Source: Acidimicrobiia bacterium
GTDB taxonomy: Bacteria; Acidobacteriota; Vicinamibacteria; Vicinamibacterales; UBA2999
Direction: 5' to 3'
Assembly: GCA_016871275.1 (NCBI GenBank)
Contig: VFZG01000005.1
Span: forward strand, 55,675 to 119,674
DNA: 64,000 nt
The notes beneath the pieces are model-generated. The model did not search any database and was not told where the DNA came from. It was given only the letters and a program-made list of their open reading frames with translations. Positions 1 to 9,123 of this stretch are shown here, one piece after another; positions within the stretch are counted from its first letter, which is position 1; each line of letters opens with the position of its first letter. The position numbers and the translations under genes are program-made.

Positions 1-630
1 GCGCGCTTCCGGATCGCCCGTCAGGAGATCGCTAATCACGGCCACCGATGCGGCACCGGCGCCAATGACCGACACGGCATTCTCCATGCTGATTCCGCCA
101 ATCGCCACCACCGGCCGCCCGCGCTGGCGGGCGGCAAGGGCGGCCTGCGACACGACGCGCAGGCCCACCGCGCTGTAGCCGGTGTCCTTCGTGCCGGTTC
201 CGAACGTGGGGCCAATCGCGATGTAGGAAATGGGCTGTTCCAGAGCCGCGTCCCACTGCGCCTGGGAATGCGTGGAGAGACCGAGAATCGCGTCCGGGCC
301 GACGACCGCGCGTGCATCAGCAGCCGACAAGTCCGTCTGCCCGACGTGCACGCCGTGTGCGCCAGACAGCCGCGCCACGTCTGCCCGGTCGTTGATGATG
401 ATGCGGGCGCCGGCGGCGTTCCCCGCGTCGACCACCAGCGTCGCGAGTTCGAGAAACGCGCCGCTCGCCATGCGCTTGCACCGCAGCTGAATCAGCCGGG
501 CTCCAGCGGCGAGAAATGCGCGCGCGACATCAAGTGGCGCGCGTCCACTGCGCAGGCACGCCTCGTCATCGACGATGGCGTATAACCTAGGCGGATTCGG
601 CCAGGGGCTGGGTCTTGGGCTTGGGGGCAA
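1..630 (-). CDS. thiE: thiamine-phosphate synthase ThiE (3' end runs off the left edge)
   Basis: My own minus-strand translation reads ...[12 protein letters not shown]...IQLRCK...[27 protein letters not shown]...[13 protein letters not shown]...VAIGGIS, a ThiE-like pattern. It is not in the ORF track because no stop lies within the window. The only canonical in-frame start after the upstream stop (652-654) is TTG at 630, which overlaps the accC end. Confidence 0.8.
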   Translation of the reverse strand, partial: MPPSPRPSPWPNPPRLYAIVDDEACLRSGRAPLDVARAFLAAGARLIQLRCKRMASGAFLELATLVVDAGNAAGARIIINDRADVARLSGAHGVHVGQTDLSAADARAVVGPDAILGLSTHSQAQWDAALEQPISYIAIGPTFGTGTKDTGYSAVGLRVVSQAALAARQRGRPVVAIGGISMENAVSVIGAGAASVAVISDLLTGDPEAR

Positions 631-1957
631 AGCGCTCCATGAAGTGCGTGCTCAGGCGCCCCGCGATGAAGTCGGGCTCGTTCAGAATCTTCAAGTGCAT
701 CGGGATGGTGGTGCGAATTCCCTCCACGACTGACATCTCGAGCACGCGCTTCATCCGCGCGATGGACTCCTGCCGATCGCGGCCGTGCACGATGACCTTG
801 GCCACCATCGAGTCATAGTGGGGAGAAATCAGGCACTCGGAGTGCGCCGCGGTGTCGACCCGCACGCCGGGTCCACCCGGAATGCTGAAGGCATGAACCG
901 TGCCCGGCGACGGCACGAAGGTCTCGGGGTCTTCGGCGTTCACGCGGCACTCGAGCGCGTGGCCTGTAAAGGTCACCTCGCTCTGCTTGAAGCCCAGTCG
1001 CGCACCCGCCGCAATGCGGATCTGTTCCTTGACGATGTCGATGCCGGTCACCATTTCGGTCACCGGATGCTCCACCTGGACGCGGGTGTTGACTTCCATG
1101 AAATAGAAGTTGCCCTTGTCGTCCATCAGGAATTCGAAGGTGCCGGCGTTGGTGTACTGCACGGCCCTGGCCGCGTCCACGACCACGCTGCCCATCTTCC
1201 GGCGGACCTTTTCGGACACCGCCACCGACGGCGATTCCTCGATCAGCTTCTGGTGGCGCCGCTGGATGGAGCACTCGCGCTCGCCCAGGTGGACGACGTT
1301 GCCGTGATGATCGCCGAGGATCTGGAACTCGATGTGGCGCGGTGACTCGAGATACTTCTCGAGGTAGACGTCGCCGACGCCGAAGGCCGACTCCGCCTCG
1401 CGCTGCGCGGTCCTGAATGCATGCGGCAGGTCCGCCGGCATCTTGACGATGCGCATGCCGCGGCCGCCGCCGCCGGCCACGGCCTTGATGATCACCGGGT
1501 AGCCGATCTGCTGCGCGATCTTGATGGCGCGCTCTTCACTCTCGACCGGACCGTCGCTGCCCGGCAGCATCGGCACGCCGGCCTTCTTCATCGCGCGCCG
1601 CGCCTTGGCCTTGTCGCCAAGCAGGCGAATCACGCTCGGATCGGGACCGATGAAGCGGATGTGGCAGGCTTCGCACACTTCGGCAAGATAGGCACTCTCC
1701 GAAAGGAACCCGTAGCCGGGGTGCAAGGCGTCGGCGCCGGTGATTTCGGCGGCGCTGATGATCGCCGGCACGTTCAAGTAGCTGTCGCCGCTGCGGGGCG
1801 GGCCAACGCAGATGTCCTCGTCCGCGAAACGGACATGCAACGAATTCTCGTCGGCTTCCGAATAGACGGCAACGGTCTTGATGCCCAGTTCGCGGCACGC
1901 AAAGATGACGCGCAGCGCAATCTCTCCACGATTCGCCACCAGGATTTTCTTGAACAT
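587..1957 (-). CDS. accC: acetyl-CoA carboxylase biotin carboxylase subunit
   Basis: 456-aa ORF with N-terminus [36 protein letters not shown] and ATP-grasp motifs, placed directly after accB. Confidence 0.95.
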   Translation of the reverse strand: MFKKILVANRGEIALRVIFACRELGIKTVAVYSEADENSLHVRFADEDICVGPPRSGDSYLNVPAIISAAEITGADALHPGYGFLSESAYLAEVCEACHIRFIGPDPSVIRLLGDKAKARRAMKKAGVPMLPGSDGPVESEERAIKIAQQIGYPVIIKAVAGGGGRGMRIVKMPADLPHAFRTAQREAESAFGVGDVYLEKYLESPRHIEFQILGDHHGNVVHLGERECSIQRRHQKLIEESPSVAVSEKVRRKMGSVVVDAARAVQYTNAGTFEFLMDDKGNFYFMEVNTRVQVEHPVTEMVTGIDIVKEQIRIAAGARLGFKQSEVTFTGHALECRVNAEDPETFVPSPGTVHAFSIPGGPGVRVDTAAHSECLISPHYDSMVAKVIVHGRDRQESIARMKRVLEMSVVEGIRTTIPMHLKILNEPDFIAGRLSTHFMERFAPKPKTQPLAESA

Positions 1958-1959
1958 GG

Positions 1960-2436
1960 CTAGTTTGAGGGCTTGATGGCGAAGAGCCGCTCGCCATACT
2001 GCACCGGCTGGCCGTTCTCGATGTAGATGCTGGTGATTTCCCCGTCGTATTCGGAGTCGATCTCGTTCATCAACTTCATGGCTTCGATGATGCAGAGCAC
2101 CTGGCCCTTGCGGACCGTATCGCCCACCGAGACCAACGGCTTGGCGCCGGGTTCGGTCGCCCGGTAGAAGGTGCCCACAATCGGCGACTTCACGATCCCC
2201 AGCTCACCACCGTCGTCGCTGGCCGGGGCGGTGTCCTGGGCCGGCTGCGCGGCCGGAGCGGCCGGAGCCGAGGCGGCGGGCGACGCCGCAGAGGCAACGG
2301 CAGGCACTGCCACCACGTGGTGGTTCGCGGACCCGCTCTTGATGCGGACCTTCACGCCGTCCTGTTCCAGCTCGAATTCACTCAGGTCGTGACCCTTGAT
2401 GAATTCGACCAGCTGCTTGATCTCGTCCAGTGTCAT
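1960..2436 (-). CDS. accB: biotin carboxyl carrier protein
   Basis: 158 aa with an Ala/Pro-rich linker and the biotinylation motif EAMKLMNEI. It lies 2 nt upstream of accC. Confidence 0.95.
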   Translation of the reverse strand: MTLDEIKQLVEFIKGHDLSEFELEQDGVKVRIKSGSANHHVVAVPAVASAASPAASAPAAPAAQPAQDTAPASDDGGELGIVKSPIVGTFYRATEPGAKPLVSVGDTVRKGQVLCIIEAMKLMNEIDSEYDGEITSIYIENGQPVQYGERLFAIKPSN

Positions 2437-2473
2437 CTGTTGCGATTTCCTCTAAACCGCTAAGGCTTTTGGG

Positions 2474-2502
2474 ATTATACACTTAGGGGCGTACGTGTGT
2501 CT
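2474..2502 (-). promoter_or_regulatory. candidate sigma70-type promoter for accBC
   Basis: The minus strand reads AGACAC-N17-TATAAT, with the -10 hexamer at 2479..2474 preceded by TG. It sits about 37 nt upstream of the accB ATG, which has a GAGGAAA Shine-Dalgarno sequence. The -35 is weak. Confidence 0.35.
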
Positions 2503-2530
2503 CCGGGCCGGCCCGGTGGCCCCAGGTGGG

Positions 2531-3147
2531 CTATGCGCCCTGGTGCTGGCTGCGGTCCACGGCGATCGCCAGGAGCCAGTCCTCGAGTTCGGCGATGATG
2601 CGCTGCTCCCGTGCGGCCTGCTCGCTGTTTTCCCGCAGTTTGCGCTCGAGCACGGACAACGCGTCGCCATCCTCTTCGTTCAGCGCCACGCGGTCGAGCG
2701 GTGAAGGCGCGGGGACCAGGGCGGGCACCGGCGGCGGCACCAGCATCGCCTCGATTCGTGGGATCTCGTGTTGGAGATCGGCGTCGAACCGAGCCAAATC
2801 GAGGGCCCGGCGAAACTGCGTCGCGGCCTCTGGACGCCTGCCCTGCTGCTGTAACACCTCCGCCAGGGCACAGTTTGCCGCGAAGTTGTCGGCAGCCTTC
2901 TCGAGAACCGACGACAGCTCCATTTCAGCGTCCTCGAGGCGCCCTAGCGCGAACAAGGCTCGGCCCAGCGTGACCCGGGCCGCCAGGTGAGCGGGGTGAG
3001 ACTGGAGGCCGGCGCGGCAGATCCCGACCGCCTCCTCGTGCGCACCCGCGCGGCGGCATTCCTCGGCGAGCGGCGCGAAGGAATCGACGCCGGGTCCGCC
3101 TGGACCCGGCGTCGCAGTTCAAGCAACCGAGAATTGTCGCCGTTCAC
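2531..3147 (-). pseudogene. cytoplasmic TPR-repeat protein, apparently split by a 1-nt frameshift near 3078-3084
   Basis: GTG at 3147, 5 nt after the upstream stop, opens VNGDNSRLLELRRRVQADPASI. The TPR continuation FAPLAEECRRAGAHEEAVGICRAGLQSHPAHLAARVTLGRALFALGRLEDAEMEL... is in another frame, which has no canonical start before TTG 2956 (track ORF 2531..2956). Confidence 0.6.
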
Positions 3148-3151
3148 GCCG

Positions 3152-4405
3152 CTATTGTACGGTGACCAGTCTCGTCGTTGTGGCGGTCCGGCCTGCACTA
3201 TCTGTCACCGTCAACGTGATGACCTTGTTTCCAGTGCTGCTGTACGAGGTAACGGCCGTGACGCCGCTACCTGTTGTGGGGCTGGATCCAGTTCCGAAGT
3301 TCCACGAATACGTCACAATCGCCGACGGTCCTGTCGTAGATGACGCGTTTACCGAAACCTGGTCACCAACCAAAGGCGACGATGGTAAGACCGTGAATGC
3401 CGGAATAATCTGGGGATTCGTGACCACAACTGTCTGGCTCGTGGTTGCGAAAGCACCCGCGTCGTCGGTGACTTTCAGCGTGACCGTGTAGGTCGCAGCA
3501 CGGTCGTATGACTTCGTCACCGCCACGCCCGTACCGGTCCGACCACTACCGAAGTCCCACTCGTAGCTGACAATCGTACGACCCGATGCGGCTCGTGAAG
3601 CCGTCGCGTTGAAAAAGATGGTCTGCTCCACAAGCGCGGGGGTCGGGGAGAAAGTAAACGCTGGAGTGGGCGGCGTGCCTGGGGAAACCGACACAGACTT
3701 TGTGGCCATTGCCTGCGCACCGCGACTGTCAGTCACCGTCAGTTGAACGATGAAGGTCGTTGCGGTCCGGTATTGATGGGTGACGGACAATCCTGTGCCT
3801 GTGGTTCGATCTCCGAAATCCCAGTTGTAAAGGCAGGCCTGATTACAGGCGGTCCCATTGTTGCTACTGGTACCCGCATTGAAATTCACGGTTGTCAGCA
3901 CTTCAGGGACAGCCGGGCTGAAATCGAAGCTTGCAGCGAGATTAGGATTGACGGGAACGATGACCCCTTGTGGCAGCAATCGAATATCGAGCTGTCGACT
4001 CATCTCACCCCGGAAATCGCCGGCGTTGGCGGGCGTGACTGCGATTGTCACCGTGGTCGGCACCTGTCCTACCGCGAGAGTTGACGCCGCTGGTGCGGTA
4101 TAGCGAACGGTCGTCGGTGTTGTGGGCGTCTTGGTGCTCAGCGTGCCGAAGTCAGCCGCGACGTTGTCCACGAACACCTGCGCCAGGAGCGGCACGCTCA
4201 GCGACTGACCTGCCGGGCCGAGTGCAGTGATGCGGATATCGGTGAAGTCGACACCGTTCTGCGTGAGGGTGTTGCGGTCAGCGACCATGACAATCGACTG
4301 CGACAGCGTCGACGGTCCGGCCAGCGGCGGCGCATCCACGTCCTTCACGGTGCAGCCCGCGAGGGTGAGAGACGCCGCCAGTGAAAGCAGTGTAGTAATG
4401 CGCAT
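3152..4405 (-). CDS. lipoprotein with an Ig-like N-region and three PKD-type repeats
   Basis: Signal peptide with a perfect lipobox (LTLAGC). There are three ~85-aa repeats of the form F.FSP....V.F.A......I..Y.WDFG.G..G.G..V.H.Y...G.Y.V.LTVTD..G. Confidence 0.8.
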   Translation of the reverse strand: MRITTLLSLAASLTLAGCTVKDVDAPPLAGPSTLSQSIVMVADRNTLTQNGVDFTDIRITALGPAGQSLSVPLLAQVFVDNVAADFGTLSTKTPTTPTTVRYTAPAASTLAVGQVPTTVTIAVTPANAGDFRGEMSRQLDIRLLPQGVIVPVNPNLAASFDFSPAVPEVLTTVNFNAGTSSNNGTACNQACLYNWDFGDRTTGTGLSVTHQYRTATTFIVQLTVTDSRGAQAMATKSVSVSPGTPPTPAFTFSPTPALVEQTIFFNATASRAASGRTIVSYEWDFGSGRTGTGVAVTKSYDRAATYTVTLKVTDDAGAFATTSQTVVVTNPQIIPAFTVLPSSPLVGDQVSVNASSTTGPSAIVTYSWNFGTGSSPTTGSGVTAVTSYSSTGNKVITLTVTDSAGRTATTTRLVTVQ

Positions 4406-4426
4406 GATGCGGTTCCTGATAACGCC

Positions 4427-4999
4427 TCAGAAGTCCCCGAACTGCACGTCGATGTTGCCGGCGACCGTCACTTCGTTGCCGTTCTGGTCGCGTCCAAAGA
4501 ACGTCACGTCGGCGATGGTCGAAATGATCACCAGGCCGCCGCCGCCCCGGAGATTGCGGAGCGGTGGCTCGAGCTTGCCCTGCTGGCGCACCAACTGGAA
4601 GACGGCGCTACTGGCGGCGCCCGGAGAGAGGGTGACGTTCAAGGCGCCGTCGAAGCCGAAAGGCACGTCGACGCCTGGAGTATTACGGCCGTCGGTCCGG
4701 CGATAGCCGACCCGATAGCGCGTCAGTGTCACGCCGTTGATCGGCGTGGCCGCGATCGACGGGTTCTTGAGCTCCGCCCTGACCAGCGCGGTGCCAAAGT
4801 CGTCGACGGCAACGCCGGCGGCGTCCACGACGTCGGAGCGCAGCGCCGCCTGCCCCGAGGCGAGCAGGTTGTCGATGATCAGATACACCGGCGCGCGGCC
4901 GGTGCGGAGCAGTTCGCCGCCGCACGATACCGATGACGCAAGGCACACCGCAGCCAGCAGGAGGCGCGCGAACGTCGGAGCGAACGTCTCTATCGTCAT
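4427..4999 (-). CDS. secreted protein or putative lipoprotein of unknown function
   Basis: 190 aa with a hydrophobic N-terminus ending SSVSCGG, followed by beta-rich sequence. It starts 6 nt after the pilQ stop. Confidence 0.65.
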   Translation of the reverse strand: MTIETFAPTFARLLLAAVCLASSVSCGGELLRTGRAPVYLIIDNLLASGQAALRSDVVDAAGVAVDDFGTALVRAELKNPSIAATPINGVTLTRYRVGYRRTDGRNTPGVDVPFGFDGALNVTLSPGAASSAVFQLVRQQGKLEPPLRNLRGGGGLVIISTIADVTFFGRDQNGNEVTVAGNIDVQFGDF

Positions 5000-5005
5000 C
5001 GTGTC

Positions 5006-7336
5006 CTACCTTGCAATCCGCGGCGTGATGAAGATCAACAGCTCATCGCTGTCGTCCACGCGCCGCTCCGTCTTGAACAGCCAGCCCAGCAGCGGAATGC
5101 GATGCAGGATCGGCGTGCGGGTGTTGATGGTCGCTTGCTCGGCCGTGTAGATGCCGCCGATGACCGTGGTCTCCCCGTCCTCGATCAGCACGGTGGTCAC
5201 CGCGCGCTGCGTGTCAATCGACGGAATCGGCTGGGCCGGCGAGGTCTGCGAGTAGTTCGGGGCGGCCTTCTCGACGAAGATGCGCATGATCACGGTATTG
5301 GCCGCGGTGATCTGCGGCGTGACGCGAAGAATGAGCGCGGCGTCCCTGAAGCTCACCGTCACGGTGTTGTTCGAGACCACCTGAATCGGAATTTGTGACC
5401 CCTGGGTGATCTCGGCCTCGACGTTGTTCTGCGTCGCGACACGTGGCGTCGACAGGATGCGGCCCTTGCCGTCGTTCTCGAGGGCGCGCAGGCTGACGTC
5501 GAGGTTGAGGGCGGTGTTGATTGACCCCATCGCCAGGTTGACGAAGTTCGAATTGGAGGCGTCGACGCCGCCGGTGCCGGCCTGCAGGTTCAGGCTGCTC
5601 GGGAACGCCAGGCCGGTGCTGGTGCCCAGCGACGGATCGACGCGGCCGCCAAAGCCCCACAGGATGCCGAGGTCTCGCGCGCTGTTGCGGTTCAACTGCA
5701 CGATGCGCGCTTCGATCTCGACCTGCGGCTGCGGTTTGTCGAGCACGCGGATCAGTTCGGACGCCGCCGTCAGCCTGTCGGCGAGGTCGCGGATGATGAG
5801 CGTGTTGGTGCGCGCATCGACCTGCACGTCGCCGCGCGCGGACAGCGCGCTGCGGGTCATGACCGCCACCAGATCCGTCGCCCTGGCGTAGCTGACCGGC
5901 ACCGTCAGCGTGCGCAGTTCGCCGGCCAGTGCCTGGGCTTCCAACAGCTTCCGGCGCTCTTCGTTCTCTTGCGCCAGCACGCTGAGCGGCACGATGCGCA
6001 CGATATTGCCGTCGACGGCGTAGCCAAGCTTGTTGGCGCGAAGAATGATGTCGAGCGCCTGATCCCACGGCACGTCGCGCAGCGTCACATCCACCGTGCC
6101 CTGGATCGACGGGTCGATCACGATGTTCAGGCCGTTGCTGATCTCGGCGAAGGTGCGCAGCACGGCGCGAAGATCGGCGCCCTGCATGTCCATGCTGATC
6201 GGGTCGCCGGTGAACTGGCGCTGGCCGGTGGAGTTGCGCTGATTCTCCCCAAGCGAATTCGTGGCCGGCTGCTGCTGCGCCTGCGCGAGGACCGCCGCCG
6301 GCGTCGGCACTGGCAGCATCGCCGGTGCGGGAGGTGGCGGAGGTGCGACCCTCTCTTCCGTCATGACAGTCGGCTTCCCGACCGGTAGTTCCACCGTCGT
6401 GGCGGGCGTGGCGTTGGCGACGGCCCTGGTGAACAGGACCCGTAGATCATCGCCAATCTGCTCCACCGTGTACGGCAGCTTCCTGACCATGTCGATGACG
6501 ACGCGCGTGATCAGCGGGTCGCGGCTGTTGGTCGCGACGCGGACGCGGTCAATGCCGTCGTTCCTGACGTTGGTGACCGCTGGAGCCGAGCCCGCGGCGA
6601 CGCCGTGAAAATCCAGCACCACGCGCGGCGGCAGGTCTTTGGCCTCTTCGACGCTCGATGCCGCAAGTGGACCGTTGCCGGCGAGCGTGACGGCATGGCC
6701 CGCCTCCGTGCTGGCGATGCGGACCGATGACAGCGCATCGGCCGTGGCGCGCTTCTCGCCCGCGGCTGATCGGGCTGTCGCCGGCGCGGCTGGCCGCGGC
6801 GCCATCGGCACCATTGCCGGCGTGTTGACCGCCAGCGCGGCGGTGCCTTCCCGCTGCACGTCGATGACAATGGTGTTGCGCAAGCTGCGCACGCGGTGGC
6901 GGGCAGCGCGATCGAGGCGCACGCGCACGCGCGCCAGCGGCGCGCCGTCGGAGGCGGTTGCGTGTTCGAGGGCGACGGTACTGACCGGCGCCGGCATGCC
7001 CACGATTGGCTTGCCGTCGAGCGCGGCCGTGCTGACGTTGCGGAGATCGACGAGCACCGTGAGCGGATCGGGCTGGCTGGTGAGGTACGCCACCGGCTCG
7101 CTGGCTTCGATCAGCACAGTGGTGATCGCGCCGTCGAGGCGCGACGTGATGGACTTCAACGCTGGCGTCTCGGCGCCACCCATGGCCGAGATGCCACTGG
7201 CCGTCAGGATCACCGCCAGCGTCACCGTGATGGGTGCTGCGAATACCAGCGACGCTCCGCGCTGAAGACGCCGCGGAACCTCGAAGCTGTGTCGTTTTGC
7301 CCAGCCCCCGGCTGGACGCGGGGTGTGACCGCGCAT
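5006..7336 (-). CDS. pilQ: type IV pilus secretin PilQ with two AMIN-like N-domains
   Basis: Secretin core motifs are present (GKGRILSTPRVATQNNVEAEI, ILHRIPLLGWLFK, ELLIFITPRI). The ATG at 7336 overlaps the pilP stop as TGATG, so the 840-aa track ORF is an N-terminal over-extension. Confidence 0.9.
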   Translation of the reverse strand: MRGHTPRPAGGWAKRHSFEVPRRLQRGASLVFAAPITVTLAVILTASGISAMGGAETPALKSITSRLDGAITTVLIEASEPVAYLTSQPDPLTVLVDLRNVSTAALDGKPIVGMPAPVSTVALEHATASDGAPLARVRVRLDRAARHRVRSLRNTIVIDVQREGTAALAVNTPAMVPMAPRPAAPATARSAAGEKRATADALSSVRIASTEAGHAVTLAGNGPLAASSVEEAKDLPPRVVLDFHGVAAGSAPAVTNVRNDGIDRVRVATNSRDPLITRVVIDMVRKLPYTVEQIGDDLRVLFTRAVANATPATTVELPVGKPTVMTEERVAPPPPPAPAMLPVPTPAAVLAQAQQQPATNSLGENQRNSTGQRQFTGDPISMDMQGADLRAVLRTFAEISNGLNIVIDPSIQGTVDVTLRDVPWDQALDIILRANKLGYAVDGNIVRIVPLSVLAQENEERRKLLEAQALAGELRTLTVPVSYARATDLVAVMTRSALSARGDVQVDARTNTLIIRDLADRLTAASELIRVLDKPQPQVEIEARIVQLNRNSARDLGILWGFGGRVDPSLGTSTGLAFPSSLNLQAGTGGVDASNSNFVNLAMGSINTALNLDVSLRALENDGKGRILSTPRVATQNNVEAEITQGSQIPIQVVSNNTVTVSFRDAALILRVTPQITAANTVIMRIFVEKAAPNYSQTSPAQPIPSIDTQRAVTTVLIEDGETTVIGGIYTAEQATINTRTPILHRIPLLGWLFKTERRVDDSDELLIFITPRIAR

Positions 7337-7854
7337 CACTTGACCTCTTCTCCGCCGCGCAGGAACTTGCGCACTTCGCGCTGCTTCGCCAGCGACAGCG
7401 GATCGTTGACTTGCTGGAGAATCACTACCGAGTTCGCCATCACCTGCCGAATCACGCCGTCGGCCAGCTTGTCTCCGGCCCGCACGGTGTAGACCTTGCC
7501 GTCCGGGCCCGACACCATCGCCACCCACGTGCCGCGCGTCTGGACAATGCCGCGCACGGTCACCTCGCCGGTCAGCATGCCGGGCACGCCTTCGCCCTTC
7601 CTGGTGGCCACGTTGCTACCCTGCCTGGCGTCGAGGCCGCGACTGACCAGGCTCACGAACGGATCGCGCCGCCCCTCGGCCGCGTACTCGAAGTTCGGCG
7701 GCGGCGACGGCAGGTCAACCTTCTTGGCCGGCGGCTGCTCGGCGGGGACCGCAGCGTCGGCCTTTTTCTTGGCGGTCTGCGCAACGGCCGGCACCGCCAG
7801 GGCCAGGGCGCACACCGCCATCACCGCGCTGAGCGTGCCTCGCGGGTCCGTCAT
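7336..7854 (-). CDS. pilP: type IV pilus assembly protein PilP
   Basis: Signal peptide, Pro-rich linker, then DPFVSLV...VTVRGIVQTRG.WVAMV.GPDGKVYTVRAGDKL. The ATG at 7854 forms an ATGA overlap with the pilO stop. Confidence 0.85.
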   Translation of the reverse strand: MTDPRGTLSAVMAVCALALAVPAVAQTAKKKADAAVPAEQPPAKKVDLPSPPPNFEYAAEGRRDPFVSLVSRGLDARQGSNVATRKGEGVPGMLTGEVTVRGIVQTRGTWVAMVSGPDGKVYTVRAGDKLADGVIRQVMANSVVILQQVNDPLSLAKQREVRKFLRGGEEVK

Positions 7855-8489
7855 CGCTTCTTCGCCGGCGACTTCTTCGCCGTCCCCTTCTTGCCTTTCG
7901 CCGGGCTCTCGCTCACTGGCGCAGGGGCATCCACCAGCACGAACGTGGTGGCCGTAGCGGCAATATCCATGCTGGCGCCGGACGTGCCGCCGTCCTCCCT
8001 CGCGGTCAGCGTCAGGTTCCCGACGTTGATGATTCGCGGGAACTTGCTGACGCGATCGAGGAACAGGCCGAGGTTGTGGTAGTTGCCCTCGAGCTGCAGG
8101 GCGATTGGCCATTCGGCGTGCATGTCTCGCGTCGTGATGGCCTGCGGCCTAAAGCCGCGCACCTGCAGGTTCGACTGCGTCGCCAGTGTCTGCACGCGGC
8201 GCAGCAGATCGCCCACATCGCGCTCGTCGGGGAGGATTGGCTTCAAGGCGTCGAGACGCGCTTCCAAGGTGCCGATCTCCTTGCGGAACTCGGGCAGTTG
8301 TCTCGCCGTTGACTGACCACGGCTGATGCGGCCGCGAATGTCACTCAGCTCCCTGGCCTGCACCGCGAGGGCCGCCTGCTCGCGCCGCTCGACGAAGTAG
8401 TAGAACGCGCCGGCCAGGGCCGCCGAGACCGCCACGAACGCGCCCATCTGCGCGTACCACGGAAGCTTCGTCAGGCTGAAGTCAGCCAC
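7851..8489 (-). CDS. pilO: type IV pilus assembly protein PilO
   Basis: Single TM segment, a coiled coil, and NYHNLGLFLDRVSKFPRIINV. The GTG at 8489 overlaps the pilN end by 8 nt. Confidence 0.85.
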   Translation of the reverse strand: MADFSLTKLPWYAQMGAFVAVSAALAGAFYYFVERREQAALAVQARELSDIRGRISRGQSTARQLPEFRKEIGTLEARLDALKPILPDERDVGDLLRRVQTLATQSNLQVRGFRPQAITTRDMHAEWPIALQLEGNYHNLGLFLDRVSKFPRIINVGNLTLTAREDGGTSGASMDIAATATTFVLVDAPAPVSESPAKGKKGTAKKSPAKKR

Positions 8490-9123
8490 GCCGGCCGCCC
8501 TTGGTTGCGCCCTTGGTGCCGGGCGGCGGCGGCGCCACGGAGTCGACACCGGACATCTGGAACGTGCCGCGAATCGTGAACTGGATCCGCTCGAACGTCC
8601 GGCCGCCCTCATTGCCCTCCGTCACCGAGCTCTCGATGATTTCGACCGGGCGAATGAAATACCGCGAGGCCTCGAGGTTGCCGATGAAGTCCGACAGCGA
8701 CGTCAGCGTGAGGCATCGTCCCTGGATCGTCAGCGTGTAGCCGGACTGCTGCACCGAGGCGAGCCACGTCATGTCGGGCAGCGCCTTGCTGATTTGGTCG
8801 ATCATGTGGACCGGCGCGGTCTGGCCCTTGCGGAGTTCGTCGATCAAGGCGACGCGGGCCTCGAGCGTCTTCCGGCGATTCTCGAATTCCTGAACCTGCC
8901 GGAGGATTTCCTGGAGGCGAGCTTCCTCGCGGCGCGCCGCATCGATGTCACGCGCCACACGGGCGTGCTCCTGTCCCAGCGCCCAATAGCGCCAGCCCAG
9001 CAGCGCCACCGTCAGGATCAGCAGCAGGCTGCCGATGACGGTCATCTTCTGCGCCGCCTGGAGGCCCGGCGACACCGCCTTGGCGGCGCGTCGCTTTGTG
9101 GCCAGCAGGTTGATCCGAATCAT
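8482..9123 (-). CDS. pilN: type IV pilus assembly protein PilN
   Basis: N-terminus MIRINLL followed by a TM segment, typical of PilN. The start forms an ATGA overlap with the pilM stop at 9120-9123. Confidence 0.85.
   Translation of the reverse strand: MIRINLLATKRRAAKAVSPGLQAAQKMTVIGSLLLILTVALLGWRYWALGQEHARVARDIDAARREEARLQEILRQVQEFENRRKTLEARVALIDELRKGQTAPVHMIDQISKALPDMTWLASVQQSGYTLTIQGRCLTLTSLSDFIGNLEASRYFIRPVEIIESSVTEGNEGGRTFERIQFTIRGTFQMSGVDSVAPPPPGTKGATKGGRRG

Noticed and set aside
2503-2516. The GC palindrome CCGGGCCGGCCCGG after the TPR gene, considered as a terminator.
   Set aside because: Only a 5-bp stem with a 4-nt loop can form, and there is no U-tract. That is too weak to call.
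7337-7528. N-terminal extension of the pilQ track ORF. Analogous extensions occur for pilP, pilO, pilN, murB, nagZ, rimM, ribD, gpsA, pgpA, frr, rpsI and groES.
   Set aside because: The extensions overlap the preceding gene and are Arg/Gly-rich. Internal starts create ATGA/GTGA/TGATG junctions with the upstream stop, or sit behind a Shine-Dalgarno sequence. The resulting N-termini match the expected family N-termini or signal peptides.
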